64,000 nt of DNA from Macrostomum lignano (Eukaryota): positions 62,001 to 126,000 of the forward strand of contig NIVC01000712.1 of assembly GCA_002269645.1 (NCBI GenBank), given 5' to 3'. Shown one piece after another: positions 34,439 to 48,812 of the stretch (position 1 is the first letter of the stretch; the number at the start of each line of letters is the position of its first letter). Both the position numbers and the translations under genes were made by a program. The notes under the pieces are model-generated. The model was not told where the DNA came from, did not search any database, and worked only from the letters and a program-made list of their open reading frames with translations.

Positions 34439-35439
34439 GCATAGGCCCTAGAACATATTTGGGACTATGAATGGGTCATGCGCCTTGGTTTAGGATTAAA
34501 AACAAAAAATTATAGGGCCTATACCTACCTAGGTTTAGGCCTAATATATTAGGATTTTTTTATTTTAGTCAAAACAAATAAAAAAACATTAGCATACCAT
34601 TTTAATTAGTTGTAGGCCCTAGGCAGCGTAGCTGCTGAGTTAAATATTAACTGTCAATACAACAAAAATGTTCTGCCTAATTGAAGCAAATAGATTGAAT
34701 TTTTTGAAGAATTATTTTCTAGAGCGCACTAATTTGTAGGTGGTTTCTTATGCAAAGATTTTAAAGAGCTGAATTAAGTCTGGGCTTTAGTGTGGTGGCC
34801 TTTTTGTTTTGGCTTCAAGTCACCTGAGCTGCAGCTGGAGGGTGAAGGGAATAAATTTAATTTTAAAGCAAAAATGGAACACAACAATAGATAATAGAAA
34901 ACGACAAGACGCTCTCCAAACTTAATACTAGCCTAATTCAAAATAATTAAGCCGTTAGGCCCACAGTAGCGCCTGACACAGTTGTTCTTAACCCCCTAAA
35001 TTTTTTCGTTCTCTAGATGCCTTACTGACTGACTGGGTGACTAATTTCTTTATTTTCTAAGTAATTTAATTTACAATTCTATACAGATTAAAAAATATAT
35101 TCTAAATTTACGGAAGGTTAAACTTATTCATTTATTAAACGTTTTATTAGACAATTTAATTTTAAATAGGGTCAGAAAAATTCGAATTTTGTTTAATTAA
35201 ATCTCGTGTTTACGCTCCCACGATTGCCCTTTAAATCCGCCAAGCCTATATGCATGAATAACTTAATTAAAGCACATTAGTTTCAAATGCGATTCCGAAT
35301 ATAAAATACTCCTTGAATCTTCATGATTTTATCATGTTTTTTGCATACGCTTTCAAACAACGAGGACTGCCCTGTTCTGGCCCAAGGACCACTAGAATTA
35401 CTGTACTTCTGCAGCTGTTTCATGTATCTTACAACAGAA

Positions 35440-36395
35440 ACAACAACAACAACAACAACAAAGTACGTAGCTCCGCATTCAAGGTCACAGTCGAAGCAGG
35501 GCGCGTCAGATGGTGTGCCGGTAGACCCTGAGAGTCCGCCTCGTTGGCAGCGTCGGCTGTGCCCCAGCGTCTAATATATAAGAGCTGGCGGGCCACGTAT
35601 CGAAGGGTTTGAGGCTGACCCCGCTTGAACGGGCCCTGCAAGGTGAGCAGCAGAACGTTCTGAACGGGTTGGGGGCAGTATAGCTTTCGATTGGCCCGGC
35701 CCGGTTTACGTGGCCCCAGTTCAAGTCGCCGCCGGCGCAGGATGATGGACGCGTCCGGTTTTTACTAGCTAGGCTGCAGCTTGGTCCGATCGTACAGGGG
35801 TCTCGGTCCCGACGCTCTCGTCAGCTCGAAAGGCCGCACGGAGCAGCGCCCTGAGTGCGCCGAGTCTAACTTCCGCTCCAGCGTAGCCGTCAGCGTCCAC
35901 GTCGAGCGGCGTTGTAAATTAGCAGGACCGTTTCTGACCACAGCCTTCCACAGCCGAGCCCTCTGGCGGTTGGGCAGCGCTTCGGACTGGAGGACGGCCC
36001 GGATCGAACGGAAAGCCGCTCAAGCAAGTCTTCTGCGCCGCTGGAGGTCTTCTTCCATGTGGGGTACCAGACCCAGCACGTGCGATCGAGCTACGTCGGC
36101 CGGCACAGTCAGCACCTCGGTCGCGTCTTCACAACCAGACCGATGCTCGATGCCACCTCGACCAGCCTGCCGATCGGGCGCTCGGCGTCTTCAACGGACG
36201 AGGACAGGAGGGCGAGGTCGTCGGCGTAGCTATAAGCACGCTCAGGCGCTTTTCGCTGTGGCGGCAACCGATGCTTCTGCGCAATAGGAAGCCGTCGTTA
36301 GCCGAGTTGAGTGCGGTCCGAAGCACTCAGTCCATCAGCAGCACGAAAAGAAACGGCGCTAGCGTGTCACCCTGCAGAACTCCTGATGAAGCGTT
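35440..36395 (-). mobile_element. 5'-truncated, degenerate non-LTR retrotransposon (RTE-like RT)
   Basis: Minus-strand translation gives SSGVLQGDTLAPFLFVLLMD*VLR and, after a frameshift, YADDLALLSSS. Stops and frameshifts are present, with a (TTG)n 3' tail at 35440-35461. Confidence 0.85.
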
Positions 36396-37424
36396 AAAAT
36401 GCTGGCAAAGAAGTCGCGCAATTCATTTCTGCGCTCCTCCGGTCGCCGGCCAGGTTCAGCGCCAGATCCAGCTCTTTGCGCGTGCCTGCCTTTCGTACAC
36501 TCGTAAAATATTGCAAGTTTTTAGGCTCGCTTGCATGTTTTAACGTGTATTTAGCAATTTTTGCCTTCAAAAAAGCTTTCTGTTCATTATAATATTTTTT
36601 TTATTTTGACTGCACTAAATATTGCACATAGCCAGTTGCAGCTCTACTCCTACATGTCTATGTGTACATACATTTATAATAAAGTACAGCAGGCATAATT
36701 TTGCGTGATTTTTAAAAAGAACAAAATTTCGAACAACCCGCCGAAAAAATATTGCAAAATTAACTGATCCAGAGTATGCCATTTAAATCAAGCTTGATAA
36801 TGCTGCAAAAAGCGGGCCTTCAAATAAATTGGCAATACATTGATCGTGTTTGCTACAAGGTATACAATAGTGATACATATACAACAGTAATTTTAGCGGG
36901 TTAGCAAATTGTATATTACATATTAGTATTACATATTTATTGAACTACATGCTCGTACATATGGATTTAACCAAAAAAAACAATCAAAACCATATTTAGG
37001 CCTGTAACAGTATATACATGTATGCATATACATTGTAATGGGCCGTTTGTCGAACTAGTTCTGCTATTTAGGTAGCTCATACCTTCAAAAGAGTAGTCTC
37101 AGATCGGTCAACACAAAACATTGAAAGTACTTTAGTAAAGACCTAGCAGAGCTACAGAAAGGCCTTGACAATGTGTTAGTTAAACTTGAGATTCCATCAG
37201 ATGCGTACCTAATAGATGAGATCAGAGGAAACTCCCCTATCCGCCAACTGCTTCAAGCCGATCTCTCGGATTTTGACAACAACATATCGTTGATACATGT
37301 ACATGTAAGTGCAGGTTGCTTCGAATTGTTTGCACGCACAAACTTTATTTAGAAAGGGGTCGCGACTCAAAAAGGAGATGTATTTGATGTCTTGGTTAGA
37401 TCCCAATCTTCCTGCTGTCGATCT

Positions 37425-37592
37425 TTGTGGGCGTTCCTGTCTCTTGGTGGGCACCACTGTCTCTTGGTTGGCGCTCCTGTCTCTTGGTGGGCGCCCCTGT
37501 CTCTTGGTTAGCGCCCCTGTCTCTTGGTAGGTGCCCCGTCTCTTGGTTGGCGCTCCTGTCTCTTGGTTGGCGCTCCTGTCTCTTGGTGGGCC
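37425..37592. repeat. Degenerate ~20-22-bp tandem repeat
   Basis: gcgctcctgtctcttggt(t/g)g variants. Confidence 0.8.
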
Positions 37593-38566
37593 ACAACTCT
37601 AAAAGGTGCCAAATATTTTGTCTTGTTTGGGCTCTCAATCTCCCTGTCTCCTGATGGACGGGCGCCGCTGTCCCTGTCTCCCAGGCTAGTTGATGTCACG
37701 TCCAAAAGAGTTGGCACGAGTTGAGCTCATGTTATTCGTCGAGTTGTTTAAATATTAACTTATTATTGTCGGAATCAAATTTCGACAATATCGGTAGGGC
37801 GGAATCAAACTCGGTGACTTTAATTAGATACCTTCAATTTAGTTTCAGCTTCACTAGAAATCCAAAACGCAATCAGGTGTTTTTTTCGAATTCCAGAATC
37901 ACAATGCAGTTTTATAACCGATTCAAGTTCCGGATATATTGTTCTTGTTCTAGTTTCTGGAACAGTCTATATGAGAAGCCTCAATGCAGGGAGTCTTAAA
38001 TTGCTTCCATCTAATGAATATTATTAGTAATAAATTTCCAAACTTTCGTGAACTTGCTTAGTATCGGAGTACATTAAAATTTGGAATATCCAAATGAATT
38101 TACAGTAGCATCAAATCTGTCCCGAATCGAAATAGCTTGCAAAACTAGAATTGGGCCTGGAGAAGTAGTTTAAAAGTGCATGAAAGGAAAGGACACTAAA
38201 TAAATTTAGCTTCATACTGCTACCAAATAAGTCACTAGATAAGTGTTCTGATCCTGCGGGTCCCTTTGTAGTCTGTTGCACGCTTTGTCGGCAAATTTGT
38301 CGGCAACTTCTTTACGAAGTCGGCACTAAACAGCGGAAGAAATCCGGTGCAGAATTATGAACCAGACAAAGCGATAAATCTTCAAATTTAAAAGTCTAGC
38401 CATTTTCGATTTGAAATTCAGAATGCTCAATAAAACTAAAATTAGACACAAACTTTCGTCAACACGCGTTAGAAGAGGAGCATTAGCAAAGCGTATTTAA
38501 AGGACTAATGATAGTTGCGACAAACACATTGATATACGGATAAAGATTGTTTTGATAATTGTCAAG

Positions 38567-41500
38567 ATGAAGATTGTCAGCCTAGCCTTTCTCGTACACC
38601 TGTTCATCCTAGGGCATTTGCATCGACCGGTTAGGTCTCAGCAGGACACCGACCTGCAGCTTCAGTCTGGCCAATTCCAACGGCTGCTCATCTTCGTGGA
38701 GGATCGGCGAGGTGTTCAGAAGACTGCCAGTGAGCTACTTCGGCTGATTAAGGAGATAAAGGTCCGTTGGGACTAGGCTTTACGGGAGGAATTGTTGTGA
38801 TGTCAAGACTTACAGGGGGAATGGCTGAGATGTGAAGGCTGCATGGGGTCAGAAGCTACATGTAGTTTATTGAAAAAATATTATTATATTTCTTGTTGTG
38901 CCCCAAAGTGGGGGGAGGCGCTGATTGCTAGTATATTTACTTATATTTGCTAGAATCTACTTATTGTTACTGATATTGGTAGGCTATACAAGCTCGTAGT
39001 TACAAATTATTGAAATTATTGAATACTGATTCGTGAATTAACGAATCAGAATTACATTTTGTCGGTTTGAGTAGCACCTAATAAGATTTAACATTTAGCA
39101 AGCACAGGTCTAATTCTTCAGCGCAAATTTACAACGAAAGCTAGATTTTATTCATTTGAAATACAAAATGCACCAGCGATAACCAGTTTTACGCATAAAC
39201 TACACCAAAATCTAGTGTGGAATACACAGTCAACCAATATGGATCGCCAGCAACTGGACGAAAGTTTTGCGGTTTCATGAAAAAGTAAAGAAGCACTACC
39301 AATGTGAATCATTGAGTATGTCGCTGAACTTCGCGTTTCAACAGTTTAGCAATTAGTTGTCGATAAATTTATCACTGTCGTCCTTGTATTAATGAAAATC
39401 AAATTTAATTTCCAGAGACACAACCGCCTAGCCAAATAAAACTGACCCTATTTTTGCAAATTTACTTACCAGGTCGGTTTTAATGCGGCTTCCAGGCTGC
39501 TGCAGAACCTGACCGCTGCCGTTGGCCGCCCGATGAGGCTCGGCAGCGCCAGCGTCCTGGTGTCGGCCAGGCTCGGCCGCGAGCTTCGAACCGCCGGACT
39601 GCGCGTCGGAGACGCCCGGTGGCAGCGCCGGAATCGAGCCGACTTCGTTGTCACCCACGACGTCGACGCCGATACCGAGGGCTCGGTCGCCATGGAGATC
39701 GGATGCGGCAAGCCCGGCAAGAAAGTCGTCATGCAGGATGCGAGCTTCACGAATGACTCAAACAGCATTGGTTTGTGCTCAGTTGGTAATTGGTACTCAG
39801 CCAGAGCCCTAATATTCGCACACAATCAACTGACCGAGTCCAGTGTGGAACCCCAATTGCAGTGCACCGCAAGGTCGCTCTGTTCTTCTCGCAGTATCGC
39901 TGGGGTCTGCTGAACGAGCAGCCGGTCGGCAGTCCGATCGAGACGGGTCCCGACGGAGAGCTGCGAGTCTCCGCCTGCTCCGCTGAGCTCAGGGTCCGAC
40001 TGGCCGCCGCGGACGGCAGCTCGACGTGCGAGTTCGACGTGAACTCGCGTCGAACGTCTCGAGGCTGCGCGCCGAAGCTGAGCGAGTCGCAGCCGGACGG
40101 TCCGCTTGCGTCGTTCATGTTCGCTCCGTTCCACCGAGCCGTGAACCGCTTCTGCGATGCAAGGTCGAAGGAGCCTCAGCTGCAGCACAACGGCATGGTG
40201 GACAGTCTGATGAACAGGCAGTGCGACGGGCTGAGCGCAGCTGAAGTGCTGCGGAATCACCGAGACTTCTGGGGAACTCCAGACGGTACTCGGCCAGCGC
40301 CGGGCGACATAAGTTTCGACATCGTCGCTGAGAAGTCCAACAGACGCGTAGTTGTCGTCATGGACACCTCTGGTAGCATGAGTGTGAGTTTGGCTTTTTT
40401 ACAAATACCTTCTTGACTGCAATAGTTGAATTATTTTGTAAGGTTATTTGAAATCCTGAAATTATTTCACTATAGGGACTCAGAATTGCAATGATGATCA
40501 GCGCTGTAAACCAGTTTCTACTGGAAATAATCGAAGACGGTTCCGAATGCGCTTTGATCAGCTTTACAAACAGACATTCGGTTCTGTCAAATTTTGTAAG
40601 CATTCAGTCAAGAAGAGACCGAGAACGCCTGTCGAGTCTTGTGTCGAGTCTCCATGCTAACGGAGGAACGTGCATTGGAGGGGCCGTTTCCGCAGCAGCT
40701 TCCGTAATTCACAAAGCTGTTAATGTCAGGATTTGTATTGAATTTGTATTAAGCACGCAGACTTTGTATTTTAGATGCTTGGCTATCACGGTCCGGCTTC
40801 TGCATCTGCTACAGGTCAGATAATTCTTCTCTCTGATGGCGTAGAAGGCTGTCCCGGACGGCTTAACAGCATGATTAGCTTTCTGGCTCATAGCAGCCTT
40901 GAGGTGGTGTCCATTCGCTACGGTGACAAAGCCGATTCGCGAATGGACCGATTGGCGGAGGTTACTGGCGGCCAGAAGTTCTTCGGTGGCACGTCAATCG
41001 CTGACAGCAGCGGCCTACGACTGGCGCTGGGCGCGACGACAACCGCGATCGACGAGTCAAAGAGGACATTGACGGTGGGCTTGAATAGATAATTGCTTTT
41101 CATAATTTGTAAATGCACAAAAGTGACTGTGATTTTTAGTTTTTCTAAAATTTTTCTACAGCTCACCTCAGAAGAGATCGGCAGTAGATTCGTGCGTCGA
41201 AGGTTTAACGTCGACGAGTCAGTCAGACGCGACCTGGTGTTCCGAGTGACAGTGCCATCAAACACAGGCGCTGTGACGCAGCTTCGGCTGCTGCTGAATG
41301 CGCCGTCGGGTCGTGAGTTCGGCTACAGAAACCGCTCCGACATCTACGAAGCAAATGCAGCGATTGGGACCGTTGCAATCCGGGTACCGGACAGCCAAAT
41401 TCAGGTAAACAAATTAATTTTCATTGCTATTCGCTATTTGATTTTTTTACTCCATTCAGTAACTATTCCGCAAGCAGAAAGGTATTTGGATACTGCGAGA

Positions 41501-42798
41501 TGAAGCCAGCGAAAGCCAACCAGAAAGTCACCCGTCGACGAGAGCTGGAGGCTCCATCGTTGTCACGGGACGGTCGTCTGAGGATTCCGTTGAAGCTCCC
41601 GTAGTCCTAACGGCTGAAGTGCATCCGAGCATCGTTCAAAGAATTTCTGAGGAAACCAAAATTGCCGTCTTTGCTCAGCTACTCAGAGGTCACACGCCTG
41701 TAAGGGGCGGAAGGCTGTACGCCTCAGTGCGGTCAGATTCCAATTTGGTAGCTTCCTTCGATCTCATGGACAACGGTGCTGGTAAGCTTGGGCTTCATTC
41801 AAATAAAATAATTCACACAAGCGTTGCAAAAAAGAAAGATACATTTAATGCATAATTATTCAATACAGGGGCCGATCTGAAGGCCGGAGACGGCACGTAT
41901 TCCGCCTACCTGCCTGTCGCTGAACTAAATGAGCCTCGAGACTTCTCTGTCTCAGTGAAGTCACTCTCCCCAGTGAGCCGCGTCACATCCGCTGGCAAGG
42001 TGACAGTTCGCTATCGGAATCCAAGCTTCAACAGGCAGCTGGTCCCACCGCCGAAGGTCATTGACTTCCGAGTGACGGTGAATACGCTGAACAACTCAGC
42101 TGTTCTCATGTGGACTGCAGTAGAAGATCCGACAGTGAAGAATGCATGTAAGTTCTTTTTTAAAGTAGTAGCTGAAGCAGTATGTTTAATAACAATTCTA
42201 ACTTTTAAGACACCGCATCAACGCCCGAATTTCAGCCGCAAAGTACGAGATCCGGTACTCCAGCTCTCGCGAGCAGCTCATCAAAAACTTCTCAACTTGC
42301 CCGATTCTGACGGTTCTGTCCGAAGGTCTCGGAGCTCCGGGCTCGACTGTGCAGCTGAACGCGTTTCATCAGCTCGCAGGCCGCGGCGCCGTCTTTGTCG
42401 CTGTCTCGGGCGTCTCCGCGCTCAACATCAGCGGGCCGCAGTCGAATCTGATCGGCGTCGACCTGACTCCGCCCTCGGTGACGCAGCTGACGCACATCGG
42501 ACTGCTGCCTGTCGGAGACGGGATGGACGCGACGGAGCCTCCGTCTAGACTGAGCGTTCCAGGCCTGATTGTCGGCGTGACAGCCTCGGTGGCAGCTGCA
42601 GCCGGTCTGGCCTACCTGTCGATGGTGCTGCACCGCGGAGCGAGCTGGGCTCAACCAGCTTTGCTGACTAAAGCAGCCGACACCGGCACTAAGAAGCAAG
42701 GCGAGGCACCAAAGTCGCAGAGTTCCAACAGTGTCTCTGCTGTTCGCTATGCCGACGAGTTATTCGACGGTTCCACTTTGCCCACCCCGGCAATTTGA
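38567..42798 (+). CDS. CLCA: CLCA-like protein A (signal peptide, CLCA_N lacking HExxH, VWA, beta-domains, FN3, TM), ~976 aa
   Basis: Exons 38567-38761, 39473-39770, 39863-40383, 40476-40703, 40775-41074, 41162-41404, 41478-41781, 41869-42147, 42236-42798; GT-AG, phases consistent, 2931 nt. Motifs: GCGKPG, YRWGL, FMF, FCD..H, C.GLSA.EVL..H.DF, VVVVMDTSGSM, GGTCIG, IILLSDG, MDNGAGADLKAGDGTYSAY, PPKVIDF, LMWTA, YEIRYS, C-terminal hydrophobic helix. Confidence 0.9.
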
Positions 42799-42824
42799 AC
42801 GAGTGGGGACGAGAATCGGAAGGC

Positions 42825-42830
42825 AATAAA
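42825..42830 (+). promoter_or_regulatory. Putative polyadenylation signal of CLCA-like A
   Basis: AATAAA 27 nt after the stop codon. Confidence 0.5.
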
Positions 42831-43340
42831 AAGTTCGCTATGCATCTGTTGCAGTGGCGAGGAGAATTGTCTTTGTTTTTTTACAAAATTCTATACGTTC
42901 GTTGGTATCCTTCTTACCAACTCTAATGAAACTAAGGAACTATGGATTGAGAGTTCATATAAAAGACACTTCTTTTTATAGGATTACAGGGGCATTAAGT
43001 TTAATAAAAGTTTTATATTCAGTTTGAAGTCGTATTAACTAAGCTGGAATGTTTGTTCGAAATGTTGCAGCAAAGTGTAAACAACTATACGAGCTATAAT
43101 AAACTAAAAAATCGACTACATTATTGAGTATTTATTCAGGCTTTTCTGCAATCACTTATTCCGAAAGCTTTTTTACTATTTTCATTTTTTAATCAGTCTG
43201 TAACTCAAGACATTTATAATTTCAATAAAAAAATCGATAATGTGCTTCGACTCTGTAGCACATTATTTACTTCTTGAAGTTGATCAGTAAATTATATGAG
43301 CATAAATTTCTGTTTGGAAATATTTCACGTTGTTTCACTA

Positions 43341-43922
<582 letters not shown>

Positions 43923-44125
43923 TGCTCCCACTCATTATAGCATCTACTGATTTTGGTGATACAGGAAGCGCGGCCACAGTTATCAACTAATAGCTTACTT
44001 GGGCGATGGAGTTTACTTCTTACTAAGTTGTTGGCGAATGATAATGACAACTGCTAACTAATTTAGGAAAGTTCATTTGTTTAGACAAGCAGCAAATAAG
44101 GATAAACTACCTATTTTTAGAAGAA

Positions 44126-45806
44126 ACTAGCAATCTTCGCCCCCCGATGGGGGGCGCAAAAATGACGCCAAGTGGTTTTTATTTTGGCCAATGAGTAATC
44201 ACCTTACTTATTATTCAAAATCCATTAATCAAAACTTACTTTTTCTCATTTTTGGCAAAAATAAATTGCCATGAATCAAAACCTTCACCAGCCAAAGTTT
44301 CCTTCATCAGCCCAAAACCCTTTCTCATTCAGCAAATAGTACTTATCCTTTCAAGCACAAACTCTTAGGGCATATCGTCATTGGCCTGGGCATATTCTGG
44401 TCCGCAGCAGGAGCTCAATATGCCATAAGCCTTGATAACATCTCAATAATTTCCCCAGTAAGCCTTGACATCTCAGCAATTCCTCTCAGTAAGCCTTGAC
44501 ATCTCAGCAATTCCCCCCAGTAAGCCTTGAAATCTCAGTAACTCCCCAGTAAGTCTCGAATCTCAGTTATTCTTCCAGTAAGTCTTGAAGTCTAAGCAAT
44601 TTCCCCAGTAAGCCTTGACATCTCAGCAATTCATCCAAGAAAGCCTTGAAATCTCAGCAATTCCCCCAGTAAGCCTTGAAGTCTCAGTAATTCCCCAGTA
44701 AGTCTCGAATCTCAGTAATTCCTCCAGTAAGTCTTGACTTCTCACAATTCCCCCAGTAGGCCTTGACAACTCAGCAATTCCCCAGTAAGCCTTCACATCT
44801 CAGCAATTCCCCCAGTAAGCCTTGACAACTCAGCAATTCCCACAGTAAACCTTGAAATCTCAGAAATTCCCCCAGTAAGCCTTGAAGTCTCAGCAATTCC
44901 CCCAGTAGGCCTTGACAACTCACCAATTCCCCCAGTAGGCCTTGACAACTCAGCAATTCATCCAATAAAGCCTTGAAATCTCAGCAATTTCCTGAGTAAG
45001 CCTTGAAATCTCAGAAATTCCCCCAGTAAGCCTTGAAGTCTCAGAAATTTCCCCAGTAAGCCTCGACATCGCAGCAATTACCCCATTAAGCCTTGACATC
45101 TCAGAAATCCCCCCAGTAAGCCTTGACATTGCAGCAATTAAACTCGAGCCTTGGCATCTACGCAATTCTCCCAGTCCAGTAAGCCTCGAGATTGCAGCAA
45201 TTCCCCCAGTAAGCCTTGACAACTCAGCAATTCATCCAAGAAAGCCTTGAAATCTCAGCAATTTCCTGAGTAAGCCTTGAAATCTCAGAAATTCCCCCAG
45301 TAAGCCTTGACAACTCAGCAATTCCCCCAGTAAACCTTGAAATCTCAGAAATTCCCCCAGTAAGCCTTGAAGTCTCAGTAATTCCCCCAGTAAACCTTGA
45401 AATCTCAGAAATTCCCCCAGTAAGCCTTGAAGTCTCAGCAATTCTCCCAGTAGGCCTTGACAACTCAGCAATTCCCCCAGTAAACCTTGAAATCTCAGAA
45501 ATTCCCCCAGTAAGCCTTGAAGTCTCAGCAATTCTCCCAGTAAGCCTTGACAACTCAGCAATTCCCCAGTAAACCTTGAAATCTCAGAAATTCCCCTAGT
45601 AAGCCTTGACAACTCAGCAATTCCTCCCAGTTAGCCTTTGGCTGGTGAAGGTTTTGATTCATGGCAATTTATTTTTGCCAAAAATGAGAAAAAGTAAGTT
45701 TTGATTAATGGATTTTGAATAATAAGTAAGGTTATTACTCATTGGCCAAAATAAAAACCACTTGGCGTCATTCTTGCGTCCCCCAACGGGGGCTTAAATT
45801 GCTAGT
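44126..45806. mobile_element. Non-autonomous element with ~170-bp inverted repeats and hairpin+CTAG ends, carrying a 30-bp array
   Basis: 44126-44297 and 45636-45806 are reverse complements, nearly identical internally. There is a GC hairpin ~10 nt from each CTAG end and no TSD. Confidence 0.75.
44455..45630. repeat. ~30-bp degenerate minisatellite inside the inverted-repeat element
   Basis: Unit ~ccccagtaagccttgaaatctcagcaattc; 10-aa periodicity in the ORF track. Confidence 0.9.
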
Positions 45807-46351
45807 AGTTGCTTTTAATCAAAAAATGTTCGATTAGTCCAGGCACAAGCTAAAAATAAATGAAAATTAATTTAATATATTTTTATCTCCCACGTGCATA
45901 CTCTGAAGCTTGCGAATAATTTAATTATTTATAGCTCGTAGCATCAGCTCAAGAAGTTAAAGTTTAGTCTATGGCCATAGACGTATTATTATTTTTCGAG
46001 CTCTCACTGCGAGAAAAATACACTAATTAGATAGGGAAAATACAGTTTTTTGAATATTTAAGACCTTTAGAATTGAAGCAGATAAAAGAAATGTTAACCA
46101 TACAATCCTTGGTTGAGTTGCAACTTTTTGGTGAAAACGCAATCAAAATTGGTCAAGAATTGCAGTCTGTAGAGCGTTTTACACGGACAGACAGACATAG
46201 ATTAGAGATTTAGTATATAAGACGATGGGGGACATCTGGATAGAATCTCTGTTTTCTACAAGTAACAAAAAGACAGCCAAAAATCCTTCAAAAAGACAAC
46301 AGACAAACTGCTCAAATGAAGTGCATTGCAAAAAGAAATCATCCCAAGACT

Positions 46352-47092
46352 GCAAGCATCCCCCAGATAGCAAGCATCCCCTAGATAGCAAGCATCCCCT
46401 AGATAGCAAGCATCCCCCAGATAGCAAGCATCCCCTAGATAGCAAGCATCCCCCAGATAGCAAGCATCCCCCAGATAGCAAGCATCCCCCAGATTGCAAG
46501 CATCCCCCAGATAGCAAGCATCCCCAAGATAGCAAGCATCCCTCAGATAGCAAGCATCCCCCAGATAGCAAGCATCCCCCAGATAGCAAGCATCCCCCAG
46601 ATAGCAAGCATCCCCAGATAGCAAGCATCCCCCAGATAGCAAGCATCCCCCAGATAGCAAGCATCCCCCAGATAGCAAGCATCGTCCAGATAGCAAGCAT
46701 CCCCCAGATAGCAAGCATCCCCCAGATAGCAAGCATCCCCCAGATAGCAAGCATCCCCCAGATAGCAAGCATCCCCCAGATAGCAAGCATCCCCCAGATA
46801 GCAAGCATCCCCCAGATAGCAAGCATCCCCCAGATAGCAAGCATCCCCAAGATAGCAAGCATCCCCAAGATAGCAAGCATCCCCCAGATAGCAAGCATCC
46901 CCCAGATAGCAAGCATCCCCAGATAGCAAGCATCCCCCAGATAGCAAGCATCCCCAGATAGCAAGCATCCCCAGATAGCAAGCATCCCCCAGATAGCAAG
47001 CATCCCCCAGATAGCAAGCATCCCCCAGATAGCAAGCATCCCCCAGATAGCAAGCATCCCCAAGATAGATAGCATCCCCAAATAGCAAGCAT
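46352..47092. repeat. 17-18-bp minisatellite, ~41 copies; reverse complement of the GATGCTTGCTAT family
   Basis: Unit gatagcaagcatccccca. Confidence 0.95.
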
Positions 47093-47199
47093 CCACCAGA
47101 CAATAAGTAGCTAGTGCGACAATTTCCTTAGCATTATAGCGGCTCCTTTAAAATTCGCTTATTTTTACGTTTGAAATTGTGTATCTTTTATGTTTAACA

Positions 47200-48812
47200 G
47201 GGTGGCTCTTTTATGTTCTACGCTCGTACATGTTAACTCTTTTATGTTTGATACGGTGGCTTTTCAATGTCTGACATAGTGGCTCTTCTATGTTTGACAT
47301 GGGGGCTCTTCTATGTTTGACATGGGGGCTCTTCTATGTTTGACATGGGGCTCTTCTATGTTTGACAAAGTGGCTTTTTAATGTTTAACATGGTGGCTCT
47401 TTAATGTTCGAAATGGTGGCTCTTTAATGTTCAAAAAGGTGGCTCTTTTATGTTTGACATGGTGGCTCTTTAATGTTTGACATGGTGGCTCTTTAATGTT
47501 AGACAAAGTAGCTCTTTAATGTTTGACATGATGGCTCTTTAATGATAGACATGGTGGCTCTTTAATTTTTGACATGGTGGCTCTTTAATGTTGGACATGG
47601 TGGCTCTTTAATGTTAGACATGGTGGCTCTTTAATGTTCGACATAAAGTCACTTATATGTTTGACATGATGGCTCTTTTATGTTTAACATGGTGGCTCTT
47701 TAATGTTTGACATGGTAGCTCTTTTATGTTCGACATGGTGGCTCTTTAATGTTCGACATGGTGGCTCTTTTATGTTCGACATGGTGTCGCTTTAATGTTT
47801 GACATGGAGTTACGTATATGTTTTACATGGTGGCTCTTAAATGTTTGACATGGTGGCTCTTCAATGTTTGACATGGTGTCTCTTTAACGTTTGACATGGA
47901 GTCATGTATATGTTTGACATGGTGGCTCTTTAATGTTAGACATGGTGGCTCTTTTATGTTTTGCATGGTGGCTCTTTAATGTTAGACATGGTGGCTCTTT
48001 TATGTTTTGCATGGTGGCTCTTTTATGTTCGACATGGTGTCTCTTCAATGCTTGACATGGAGTCACGTATATGTTTGACATGGAGTCATGTATATGTTTG
48101 ACCTGGTGGCTCTTTAATGTTTTATATGGTGGCACTTTCATGTTTGACCTGGTGGCTCTTTAATGTTTGACATGGTGGCTTTTTAATATTTGACATGGTG
48201 GCACTTTCATGTTTGACCTGGTGGGTCTTTAATGTTTGACATGGTACCTCTTTTATGTTCGACATGGTGGCTCTTTAATGTTTTACATGGTGGCTCTTTA
48301 ATGTTTGACATGGTGACTCTTTTATGTTCTACATGGTGGCTCTTTTATGTTCGACATGGTGGCTCTTTAATGTTCTTAATGGTGTCTGTTTTATGTTTGA
48401 CATGGCGGCTCTTTAATGTTTGACATGGTGGCTTTTTAATGTTTGACATGGTGGCTTTTTAATGTTCGACATGGTGGCTCTTTTAGGTTTGAAATGGTGG
48501 CTCTTAAATGTTTGACATTGTGGCTCTTTAATGTTCGACATGGTGGCTCTTTAATGTTTGACATGGTAACTCTTTTATGTTTGATATGGTGGCTCTTTTA
48601 TGTTCGACATGGTGGCTCTTTAATGTTCGACATGGTGGCTCTTTTAGGTTTGAAATGGTGGCTCTTTAATGTTTGACATTGTGGCTCTTTAATGTTTGAA
48701 ATGGTGGCTCTTTAATGTTCGACATGGTGGCTCTTATAGGTTTGAAATGGTGGCTCTTTAATGTTTGACATTGTGGCTCTTTAATGTTTGAAATGGTGGC
48801 TCTTTAATGTTT
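47200..48812. repeat. 23-bp degenerate minisatellite, ~70 copies
   Basis: Unit ttgacatggtggctctttaatgt. Confidence 0.93.
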
